From Bdellovibrio sp. (GTDB lineage Bacteria; Bdellovibrionota; Bdellovibrionia; Bdellovibrionales; Bdellovibrionaceae), in contig JBKCUU010000013.1 in NCBI GenBank assembly GCA_046318155.1, positions 1 through 14,433 on the forward strand: a stretch of 14,433 nucleotides of DNA, in the 5' to 3' direction. The notes below the pieces were generated by a model. The model searched no databases. It was not told the DNA's origin and saw only the letters and a program-made list of their open reading frames with translations. Each line of letters starts with the position of its first letter. The first letter of the stretch is position 1. This document shows, piece after piece, positions 1 to 6,930 of this stretch. The translations under genes and the position numbers were made by a program.

Positions 1-1
1 T

Positions 2-184
2 ATCGACCCTGTAAAAGTCGTTCGTTGTGCTCTTGAGAACGCGGCTTCGGTTGCGTCCTTGATGCTCACAACTGAAACCATGATCGCTGAAGCTCCTAAA
101 AAGGATAACGGCGTCGGTGGTGGTAACCCTGGCGGCGGCCACGGTGGCATGGGCGGCATGGGTGGAATGGGCGACATGATGTAG
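2..184 (+). CDS. groEL: Chaperonin GroEL (Cpn60), 3' end only (5' part outside window)
   Basis: Frame +2 reads [35 protein letters not shown]...[13 protein letters not shown]: the GroEL C-terminal signature and GGM tail; TAG at 182-184. Confidence 0.98.
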   Translation: MDPVKVVRCALENAASVASLMLTTETMIAEAPKKDNGVGGGNPGGGHGGMGGMGGMGDMM

Positions 185-259
185 GTCTGTGGTCCCAGTT
201 GTGGGACCTAAGTTGTCGAGAATTTGACGCCTCAGTCGAAATTCATAGATTGAATTGAT

Positions 260-293
260 AAGTACCCCGGCGAGAGCTGGGGTACTTTTTTTT
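260..293 (+). terminator. Rho-independent terminator of the groEL transcript
   Basis: AAGTACCCCGGC-GAGA-GCTGGGGTACTT: 12-bp stem (one G-U pair), GNRA loop, followed by a T run to 293. Confidence 0.9.
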
Positions 294-320
294 GGGGTGC
301 AGATTTTTAAAGAGTAAAAA

Positions 321-515
321 CTATTTGTGAAGGCAGGGGAGTATGGGGTCAAGGGCCCAGCGGACGACGGCTTCGGCATTGACGATCCGAGCATGCTGAA
401 ACTTGCCAGCTAAAGCGGGCAGGTGGTGAACCGTCGCCTCGAGCCCGGGGTTCGCAGATCTCATGAGGCCTGCGATTCCCGACACAATGGGTGCGGCGCT
501 CTGGATCAAGCCCAT
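321..515 (-). pseudogene. Probable remnant of a subtilisin-like (S8) peptidase C-terminus
   Basis: Reads MGLIQSAAPIVSGIAGLMRSANPGLEATVHHLPALAGKFQHARIVNAEAVVRWAL..., resembling the S8 post-catalytic helix (AAPxVSGxAGLxxSxNPxL) and terminal LPxLxGK...VNAxxAV. The GTS catalytic-Ser motif and all N-terminal sequence are missing. Confidence 0.6.
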
Positions 516-573
516 GTGTTCGTGGAAGAGGGCGTCAAGACGAAAACTTGGGGACAAAAGAAATCCGAATTTT

Positions 574-1095
574 TTACGGAACAGCAGCTGTCGGGCACAC
601 GAAGACATCACCGACAAAATGATCTTTGTAGGTCTCGCGAAACCAAGTCTGTGTGGCAATCGCATCAAACTCGAGCGAGTCATCGCCCTGAGAAAAATCG
701 GCGTTTTGGTAGCGGTGCTGAAGGTAATGCACCAATTCGTGTGCGAGCGAATCAAAAACCGAGCGTTCATGCGAGTCATAATACGCGCGAGTAGCCATGA
801 TAAAAATTTCGTTCCGTAAAGAATTGTACATATTGAGAAAAGCGTCGGGCCTAAAGCCCCAAAAGCTTTCGGCCGAATCTTGGTAATCCTGCAAGGTGTA
901 GGGACCTTCGGGTTTAACCTCAGGAAGCGGAACGGTCTCGAGCAGCGTGATGTTTTTATGACCAGCCACAATTTGCAAAATGCAGTCACGGGCCTCGATG
1001 ATCGGGGATGCTGGAAAAAGCGGGGACGCGGGAACCTGTGCCCAGAGCTGTGAACCGGTGAGTGCGATGATCATGAGAGTCAAAATACGAGCCAC
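574..1095 (-). CDS. Secreted putative zinc metallopeptidase-like protein (HExxH), 173 aa
   Basis: GTG start with purine-rich RBS (GAAAAGGGGG, 5-nt spacer); signal peptide MARILTLMIIALTGSQLWA; motif LAHELVHYLQH with downstream ExxA (LEFDA) as possible third Zn ligand; two Cys. Confidence 0.8.
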   Translation of the reverse strand: MARILTLMIIALTGSQLWAQVPASPLFPASPIIEARDCILQIVAGHKNITLLETVPLPEVKPEGPYTLQDYQDSAESFWGFRPDAFLNMYNSLRNEIFIMATRAYYDSHERSVFDSLAHELVHYLQHRYQNADFSQGDDSLEFDAIATQTWFRETYKDHFVGDVFVCPTAAVP

Positions 1096-1169
1096 AATGT
1101 CCCCCTTTTCTTACGGCTTTTCGATGCCCAAAAGTGTTTAAGAACTAACAAGAGGTCGCGCCAGAATCA

Positions 1170-2795
1170 CTAGAATAAAAAGACGACGCCGCCCGCAAGG
1201 GTCGTCATCGCGTGGGCCGCCGAAGAGGCCGAATCAAAGCGGGTGCCGCCGCCGGAGAAGTTGGTGTTGTACTGGCGAAAACTGAGTTCGCCTTTTAGGG
1301 CCAAACGCGCCGTTGTCTGCCATTCGCTAAAGATCGAGAATGTCGAGATTCGGCTGGAACTGGAGTTGCCCGAGCTGGTCGGTGACTCGCTCAAGGAGGG
1401 ACTCCAATAATACATGAACTTTCCGCCGACTGAGATCGGGAGCTGAACCTCTTCGCCCAACGGAATGCTGCCCGCAAGACCCAAGGCCATGCCCCCGTAC
1501 TTCATTGACGTGAAAGCAGTCGGGGTTGAGTCTTCAATTTTTGAATCCATCTGTGAAAGCCCAAACATGAATTGCAGCTTGGGTCCCCAAAACTCTTCGG
1601 AGACCAAAACATTGTAGCCGCCAACCAGTTCGGCCTCGAGTGTTTGAAGCTCAAGACTGCTGGGGCTAGAGCCCGTCAGCTGATTATCTACTTTTGCAAC
1701 ATACTGGTGCAGCTCAAGGCCCAAGAACCAATTGGCCGAAAGCCACATCTCGCCCTCAACATGAAAAGACGGGACCAAGCTGCTGCGCGAAGAAACGGAG
1801 CCGTTCGTCGTCAAATTATTGCTGAGTGAGTAGCTTCCCATTCCCAAAAGCAGGGCGACCTTACCAAAACTGGGGGGACTCATTGGGCTCCACTCTTTTG
1901 GATTATCTCCAAAGGCGAGGCCAGAGTCGGCACGGCTGTTCAAGTCACCAATCAAGGTTCCATCTTTTAATTGAGGGACGCCCGGGTATTTAACAACTTC
2001 ATTGAACGTAATCTTAGCGCCGGGTTGTAACTGTCCCTCAGTGCGCTCTGAAAGGATTGAGCCAAAGCTGAGCTTCTCGTCAACTTTGGTAACTCGGATT
2101 TTTCCCATGATTTCTTTTTCGGTGCTAACCAAAAAATTAAATCGTGGATGGCGTCCCATTTTAGTGACCTGGATGGATTCGACGTCTTGACCTTCTCGCA
2201 GTCCGCTGGATTTACCTAAGTTCATTGTGACCTGCTGGCCACGGCGGCTCAAGATCAGGCCTCGGTAGGGAATTTTCGCCTTCGTTTGCCGGTACAATTT
2301 TTGGAGCTCTTGCTTGATATCACTGACGTCGTAAGATTGAATCTCGCCGCGAGATTCAATCAAGAGTGGATAACCTTGATCGCCAGAAAATAGAGCGAGG
2401 CGGATCGAGATTCCTGACGGCCCGCGGGCAATTCGCCCAGCCCAGAACGCATCCACCTTGGAGTCTTTTATGAACTGTACCGCAAGGCTGCGCTTTTCTT
2501 CGAATTCTTCGGGTGCAACTTTTTTTGTTTCGATCGGAGCAACAAACTCAAACTCGGGGTCTGCATTCATCAGCGCTTGCAGCTCGGTTTGAAGAGGCCG
2601 CGAATAAATTCCATCCAAGTTATCGACGAGTGGGTAGAGCGTCCATTTTGTGATCGAGAGTTCTTTATCGACCGCGCTGACATAGGTCGAGGACTGACTC
2701 CAGGCAAAAGGGGCGAAAAAGACAAAGAGGCCGATCAAGATGATTTGATTCACTTTTATCAGCCTAAAGTTGTTGTCAAAAGAGGTCAATTCCAC
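1170..2795 (-). CDS. Secreted/outer-membrane protein: N-terminal alpha/beta domain, FlgT-C-like middle domain, C-terminal beta-barrel (start uncertain: GTG 2795 or GTG 2753)
   Basis: 541-aa ORF; hydrophobic signal ending FAWS; middle VTMNLGKSSGLREGQ...IMGKIRVTKVDEKLSFGSIL...LQPGAKI resembles FlgT C-terminal domains; last ~230 aa alternate polar/hydrophobic and end in Phe (GGVVFLF). Confidence 0.75.
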   Translation of the reverse strand: MELTSFDNNFRLIKVNQIILIGLFVFFAPFAWSQSSTYVSAVDKELSITKWTLYPLVDNLDGIYSRPLQTELQALMNADPEFEFVAPIETKKVAPEEFEEKRSLAVQFIKDSKVDAFWAGRIARGPSGISIRLALFSGDQGYPLLIESRGEIQSYDVSDIKQELQKLYRQTKAKIPYRGLILSRRGQQVTMNLGKSSGLREGQDVESIQVTKMGRHPRFNFLVSTEKEIMGKIRVTKVDEKLSFGSILSERTEGQLQPGAKITFNEVVKYPGVPQLKDGTLIGDLNSRADSGLAFGDNPKEWSPMSPPSFGKVALLLGMGSYSLSNNLTTNGSVSSRSSLVPSFHVEGEMWLSANWFLGLELHQYVAKVDNQLTGSSPSSLELQTLEAELVGGYNVLVSEEFWGPKLQFMFGLSQMDSKIEDSTPTAFTSMKYGGMALGLAGSIPLGEEVQLPISVGGKFMYYWSPSLSESPTSSGNSSSSRISTFSIFSEWQTTARLALKGELSFRQYNTNFSGGGTRFDSASSAAHAMTTLAGGVVFLF

Positions 2796-2845
2796 TTCAA
2801 AAAACTTGGCCCTGGGGACGGTAGTCGGGTTTTAAGATTCTGATC

Positions 2846-2874
2846 TTGGGAAACCCCCAGGCTCAAGATATTCT
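2846..2874 (+). promoter_or_regulatory. Candidate sigma70-type promoter for the CheY-like gene (leaderless arrangement)
   Basis: TTGGGA(2846-2851)-N17-TATTCT(2869-2874)-N6-ATG(2881); no Shine-Dalgarno before the ATG. Confidence 0.4.
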
Positions 2875-2880
2875 AAATCC

Positions 2881-3267
2881 ATGACTGATAAAATTCTGAT
2901 TTGCGACGATGCTGGCTTTGTGCGCGAAATCTTGCGTCAGGCTCTTTTAGAGCTCGGCTACAACGTCGTTGGCGAAGCTTGTGACGGCAATGAAGCCGTT
3001 GTCGAGTGTCTTCGCCTGAAGCCCGACATTGTGTTCTTGGATCTTGTCTTACCGCTTAAAAACGGCGCCGAGGCAGCCAAAGACATCTTGGCCCAACTGC
3101 CCGGTACCATCGTGATTGCGATGTCCACGGCGCAAGAAGACTTTCTGCAAGAGCGTGCAAGACAAGCCGGCTGTTCGGACTGGCTCGCGAAGCCATTTTC
3201 TAAGTCGCAGTTAAAAGAAATGCTCTCACGATTTTCAAACCGCACACTTGAGGTTCAAAATGGATGA
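2881..3267 (+). CDS. cheY: Single-domain response regulator (CheY-like receiver), 128 aa
   Basis: KILICDD acidic pocket, VFLDLVLP phosphoacceptor Asp, AMST and LAKPF motifs; no output domain. Confidence 0.9.
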   Translation: MTDKILICDDAGFVREILRQALLELGYNVVGEACDGNEAVVECLRLKPDIVFLDLVLPLKNGAEAAKDILAQLPGTIVIAMSTAQEDFLQERARQAGCSDWLAKPFSKSQLKEMLSRFSNRTLEVQNG

Positions 3268-3583
3268 GTTGAAATTTGTTTTGAAGGGTTTTGTGATTGC
3301 CATACTCGTGACCTTGGGACTGCAAATTAAAGTGGGATCTGAAACTCTTGAAATGAAGTCAGATCGTTTGTTGCACGAGTCTTCAATTGGACAGTTTTTG
3401 AATCATACGGCAAGCGGAGCCGCGTTGGCGCTTAAGCAGGGAAGTCACGCGGTCTCTAAGATGATGGCCGAGGTTTTGGGTTCTTCAAAAGAAGTGAAGA
3501 ACGACCAGAAATGGAAAGCCCAGACAAAGCTCAGAGCTCTTCCCCCACAGGAGGAAGAGACCGCTTCTGAGGATTATCTCTGA
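3260..3583 (+). CDS. Hypothetical membrane-anchored protein, 107 aa (start corrected to ATG 3260)
   Basis: GAGGT RBS at 3250-3254; ATG overlaps the cheY stop region (ATGGATGA); N-terminal hydrophobic segment FVLKGFVIAILVTLGL; acidic C-terminus. Confidence 0.75.
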   Translation: MDELKFVLKGFVIAILVTLGLQIKVGSETLEMKSDRLLHESSIGQFLNHTASGAALALKQGSHAVSKMMAEVLGSSKEVKNDQKWKAQTKLRALPPQEEETASEDYL

Positions 3584-3753
3584 GTTCGTACTTTTTGAGC
3601 AGGCGCGGGACGTACGGAAGTTCCTGAGACAGGCTTTTCGTTTGTTTTTGCAAATAAGCCCGCACCGCTACGCTTGAAGCAGTCTTTTTCTTCTTTTGCC
3701 TGAGCCACCGTTGTCGCCGATAGAATGAAAGCCAATAAGATCAATTTTTTCAT
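3574..3753 (-). CDS. Small secreted peptide, 59 aa (not in ORF track): MKKLILLAFILSATTVAQA-KEEKDCFKRSGAGLFAKTNEKPVSGTSVRPAPAQKVRTQR
   Basis: ATG at 3753 preceded by GAGGA RBS (CGAGGATTAT-ATG); classic Sec signal (MKK, hydrophobic core, AQA cleavage); TAA at 3576-3574; upstream sigma54-like promoter. Confidence 0.85.
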   Translation of the reverse strand: MKKLILLAFILSATTVAQAKEEKDCFKRSGAGLFAKTNEKPVSGTSVRPAPAQKVRTQR

Positions 3754-3793
3754 ATAATCCTCGCTTCTAGAGAAACACTCTAGTCTCTTCTAA

Positions 3794-3810
3794 TGCGAAG
3801 CTTATGCCAG
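3794..3810 (-). promoter_or_regulatory. Candidate sigma54 (RpoN) -24/-12 promoter for the 59-aa peptide gene
   Basis: Minus strand CTGGCATAAGCTTCGCA: TGGCA with exact GG-N10-GC spacing; predicted start ~3783, about 30 nt before the ATG. Confidence 0.6.
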
Positions 3811-3927
3811 TGGCTCCCAGTGCCGTCGTCCATGGGCTGACTCAATAGTAGACGCCGTGAGGGCTCAGACCAAAGACCTTGCTTCTTGGCTGTCGAAGTC
3901 TTGAACGCTTGTCGAGCCTCTCGGGTC

Positions 3928-3956
3928 AAAAAAAAGAGCTCCCGGGAGGAGCTCTT
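3928..3956 (-). terminator. Rho-independent terminator ending the Tad-RHS-hit operon
   Basis: Minus strand AAGAGCTCC-TCCCG-GGAGCTCTT followed by a T run, 40 nt after the stop at 3996. Confidence 0.85.
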
Positions 3957-3965
3957 GAGAAAAAC

Positions 3966-3980
3966 GTCTCAATTTAAGAC
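3966..3980. promoter_or_regulatory. Palindromic site GTCTCA-ATT-TAAGAC (one mismatch to GTCTCA-N3-TGAGAC)
   Basis: Near copy of the perfect palindrome at 14290-14304; both are intergenic. Confidence 0.45.
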
Positions 3981-3995
3981 AACTGCCTTTGTTGG

Positions 3996-4325
3996 TTACG
4001 GTCCTTGTTCGAAACCACCGGCGCGCCCTGTTCCTGAGGGAGCTGCGGGTGCAGAGCCAGGGGCAAGTCTGTTGCTATCCTCGAAAATGCCCACTGGAGA
4101 ACGGCGGCATTCCAAACACTCGGGCTCTTTGCCAGGCTTTTCTTTGATGATCTGCGCGTACTGGGGGTTCGATTTGGGAGTCGCGTAGTTATCGATATAC
4201 TGACCATCAAAGTTATCCAAGTTGGGATCACGGTCGTTGTAGGTCGCCTGTGCTTGTGCGCCAATAACTCCAAGCGTAATTCCGAGCACTGTCATCATGA
4301 GCAAAGTCAATTTCTTCCAAGTCAT
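3996..4325 (-). CDS. hit: Hit/Bd0108-like small secreted, likely disordered protein, 109 aa (start corrected to ATG 4325)
   Basis: AGGGAG RBS before ATG 4325; signal peptide ending AQA; low-complexity P/G/A/N/D-rich mature part with CLEC (C70/C73) and GTGR near the C-terminus, features I recall from Bd0108 (CREC, GTGR); lies directly downstream of the RHS gene as in the HD100 hit locus. Confidence 0.75.
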   Translation of the reverse strand: MTWKKLTLLMMTVLGITLGVIGAQAQATYNDRDPNLDNFDGQYIDNYATPKSNPQYAQIIKEKPGKEPECLECRRSPVGIFEDSNRLAPGSAPAAPSGTGRAGGFEQGP

Positions 4326-4335
4326 TGTAGACTCC

Positions 4336-5994
4336 CTAATTATAAACTTCGGCCGTAGCCGGTGAGAGAATGTCGAGCAGATTGTTAAAAGTACTGGCGA
4401 CCTGCATGGCGACGGTGGGTCCTTCATTACTCGAGACTTTGTCGATTTCGCCACTGGATTTGTAGGCCACTTTGATCGTGCCCAATCCCGGCCGGTGAAC
4501 GATTGAAGGCTTGCCGAAGCGGTCTTCGTATTCGATCCGTACGACCTTTTTGGCGTGATCGGTAATCGAAGCGATTCGACCACGGTTATCATAAGTCATC
4601 TGCACTTTTTGCCCATCGGTATTTGCTGCAAAAGTTAGATTGCCTTTCTTATCGTAGCGAAACTCGGTCTTTTTCGTCTGCGCGACCTTGCCCTTGTCAT
4701 TCATGAAGGCGACAACCACGCTGGCAACTTTGCGAGAGCCTTTATCGTACTCGTAAACAAAGTTTGCAAGAGAGGTCGACTTTTTCTTCACCTGCCCGTT
4801 GGGAAAATATTCAAAGCCCGCCATGTCGTTATTTCGACGAATCGAGAGTGGTTTGCCAAAAACTTCGTGGTAGGTGATATCCGTGATATTGCCATTGATT
4901 GTCGAAGCCACACGTTGCAAGTAAACTTGGCCATCTTTACGAGTTTTAAACCAGAACTCGTGCTTACTTTCATTCACAACTTCTTTGCCACAGGTCTTTT
5001 TGACATTGGCCCAGTAGTGCATCTTGGGCTGGCTGTCCGAAAACTCGTACTTGTACGCCTCGACGCATTTTTGCCGGTCTGTAAAAGTCGTAACCCAGTC
5101 ATTTTTCTTATCGTAAGTCAGAGCCAAAAAGGTGTTGTCGGGATATCCAGCCTTGGTCAAGTTGTGCAACTCATCGTATTCGTAAGTGTACGTGTTGCCC
5201 CAACCATTTTTGACCGAAGCCAAGTCATCAAGATTAGCGTACTTGTAATCAGCGTTGATTCCATTGGGTCCAACGATCGATTTGACTTTTTTGTTAGTGT
5301 AAAACTTAAAATTGAGACGGCGGCCATTGTTGTCGACAATTTCACGAATGACATCTTTTTCGTAATCAAACTTTAAGAAATTTCCGTTTTTGTCATAGAG
5401 ATGAGTCAGCCGACCTTCGTTCGAAAAGCGCATTGAGCTTGAATCAGTCAGGTTGCGAGTATAGTAGCCTTTGGCGAAGATGATGTTCTCGACTTCGCGG
5501 CCATTGGCGAAAAACTGCGTTCCGTCTTTAACCGGAATCGCCACTTTGTATTCAGACGCATACTGCGCTCGCATGTCGTGATCTGACACCATTTGCTCGC
5601 TCAGTGCCTTGAGTTGACGGTCTTCGAATTTCTTTGAATCCTTCATTCGAGCCGTGATTTGACCAATTGTTCGATCAATCTCCTTGCGACCAAATTCGCG
5701 GGGATAGTAAAACGTCTCTTGGCCTGCGCCGCACTCGACGAGCTTGAGGTTTCCCTCAGCTGTTTTTTCGATTTTGGTTTCAAAATCTGAACACCAGCCG
5801 AAGCCAAAAATTCCGTTCAACAATGAACGGCTATTGTAGGTGCGAGAGATTTTGAGTTCGTATCCGGTTCCGGGCACTTCAATGTCAACCCAGGTATTTG
5901 AATAGTTGGCATTTTTCATGTCGACGATGGCGTGCGCCGACGTCGATGCAAGAAGCCCACCCATGAGCAGGGCGGAGAGAGCGAGAGTTTTCAT
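4336..5994 (-). CDS. Secreted DUF6531 + YD-repeat (RHS/WapA-like) protein, Bd0109-like, 552 aa
   Basis: Signal peptide ending AHA; DUF6531-like VDMKNANY...ISRTYNS...GIFGFGW; multiple YD repeats (YEYDELHNLT, FRYDKKGNLT, MTYDNRGRIASITD); GAGG RBS. Confidence 0.9.
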   Translation of the reverse strand: MKTLALSALLMGGLLASTSAHAIVDMKNANYSNTWVDIEVPGTGYELKISRTYNSRSLLNGIFGFGWCSDFETKIEKTAEGNLKLVECGAGQETFYYPREFGRKEIDRTIGQITARMKDSKKFEDRQLKALSEQMVSDHDMRAQYASEYKVAIPVKDGTQFFANGREVENIIFAKGYYTRNLTDSSSMRFSNEGRLTHLYDKNGNFLKFDYEKDVIREIVDNNGRRLNFKFYTNKKVKSIVGPNGINADYKYANLDDLASVKNGWGNTYTYEYDELHNLTKAGYPDNTFLALTYDKKNDWVTTFTDRQKCVEAYKYEFSDSQPKMHYWANVKKTCGKEVVNESKHEFWFKTRKDGQVYLQRVASTINGNITDITYHEVFGKPLSIRRNNDMAGFEYFPNGQVKKKSTSLANFVYEYDKGSRKVASVVVAFMNDKGKVAQTKKTEFRYDKKGNLTFAANTDGQKVQMTYDNRGRIASITDHAKKVVRIEYEDRFGKPSIVHRPGLGTIKVAYKSSGEIDKVSSNEGPTVAMQVASTFNNLLDILSPATAEVYN

Positions 5995-6042
5995 CCATGA
6001 ACCTCGTTTGGTGTCTAGCGGGGGCCCCGAGGGGCGATCCTT

Positions 6043-6930
6043 TTATACTTTAATACTAACAATCTTTCGGACAGTTAATCCACCGGCAATTACGAGGCTG
6101 AACATAATGACTAAAAGAAATACGCCCAAGGTCGTGGTAAACATGGGACCGATATAACCAGGATCAACAAGCCAGAGCAGGACGATGATTCCGATGGGGA
6201 CCATCGAAATAATCATGCCCTGCATGATTCCTTGTGCGGTCATGGCTTCGATCTTGCGCTCGACCTTTTGACGTTCGCGGATCACGGTGACGATGGTCGA
6301 GAAAGTTTCGGCCATGTTACCACCGGTCTCTTTTAAAATATTAATAGCGGTGACAAACATTTGCACGTCAGCCTTCGGAATTCGCTCGCCCAAATCAAGC
6401 AGAGCTTCTTCAACGCTGCGACCGAGGCGAATCTGCGACAAAACGAGGTTAAACTCTTGCGAGATAGGATTTGGCAAACTTTCAACGATGCGCTCCATCG
6501 ACTGGGTCACGGACAGTCCTGCTTTTACTCCATTCGCCATGATGGTGAGGCCATCGACCATTTGCGCAACAAATTTGTCGCAGCGGTTTTGCCATTGCTT
6601 ACGAACGTAAACCAGAGGCATCGACCACATCACCGCCGTAATGACGAGCGCGACAGGCACGCCAACGAAAATGTGAGGCCACAGCAGGAGAAAGAAAATC
6701 AGGCCCAGGCCAAAGCTCGCCAGAAGCATCATGTAGGTCAGCTTTTTTTGGTCGACCTCAACGAACATGAGATCAAGAAGCCGGGCAACCTCTTCTCGGC
6801 TGCCAAGAGACTTTTTGGCAAGCGCATCAAACACACGAGGAAAAACAAAATAAAAAATAACCGTTACGCAAATTGCAAAAAGAGGGATCGCAAGCCAGGG
6901 GCTTGAAAAAATCGATTGCAGAGTATTCAC
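6043..6930 (-). CDS. tadB: Tad pilus inner-membrane platform protein TadB (T2SSF family)
   Basis: QMVDGLTIMANGVKAGLS...PISQEF...IRLG...ETGGNMAE...AMTAQG motifs and TM helices; GTG start overlaps the tadA stop (GTGA). Confidence 0.92.
   Translation of the reverse strand: MNTLQSIFSSPWLAIPLFAICVTVIFYFVFPRVFDALAKKSLGSREEVARLLDLMFVEVDQKKLTYMMLLASFGLGLIFFLLLWPHIFVGVPVALVITAVMWSMPLVYVRKQWQNRCDKFVAQMVDGLTIMANGVKAGLSVTQSMERIVESLPNPISQEFNLVLSQIRLGRSVEEALLDLGERIPKADVQMFVTAINILKETGGNMAETFSTIVTVIRERQKVERKIEAMTAQGIMQGMIISMVPIGIIVLLWLVDPGYIGPMFTTTLGVFLLVIMFSLVIAGGLTVRKIVSIKV

Noticed and set aside
144..181. GGCATG-type tandem repeats as a repeat array
   Set aside because: They encode the ordinary GroEL GGM tail. 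I noticed no CRISPR array, tRNA, rRNA or transposase in the window.
516..989. N-terminal part of the 222-aa track ORF 321..989 (-), and + strand ORFs 423..794 and 463..819
   Set aside because: They overlap the better-supported HExxH gene in other frames and do not look protein-like; only the 321..515 tail resembles a known family.
1096..1169. Possible sigma54 (CTGGCGCGACCTCTTGT) or sigma28 (TAAA...GCCGTAAG) promoter before the HExxH gene
   Set aside because: Spacing is wrong in both cases (no GC at N10; 19-nt spacer instead of 15).
3996..4325. Gene downstream of RHS as an immunity protein
   Set aside because: The RHS protein has no toxin tip, and this product is a low-complexity secreted protein fitting Hit better.
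4326..4592. N-terminal extension of track ORF 3996..4592, and alternative-frame ORF 3974..4273
   Set aside because: The extension overlaps the RHS gene; RBS and signal peptide support ATG 4325. The 3974..4273 frame is a shadow ORF.
6019..6035. GC-rich dyad between tadB and the RHS gene as a terminator
   Set aside because: Stems are short with too-small loops and there is no convincing U tract on the coding strand.
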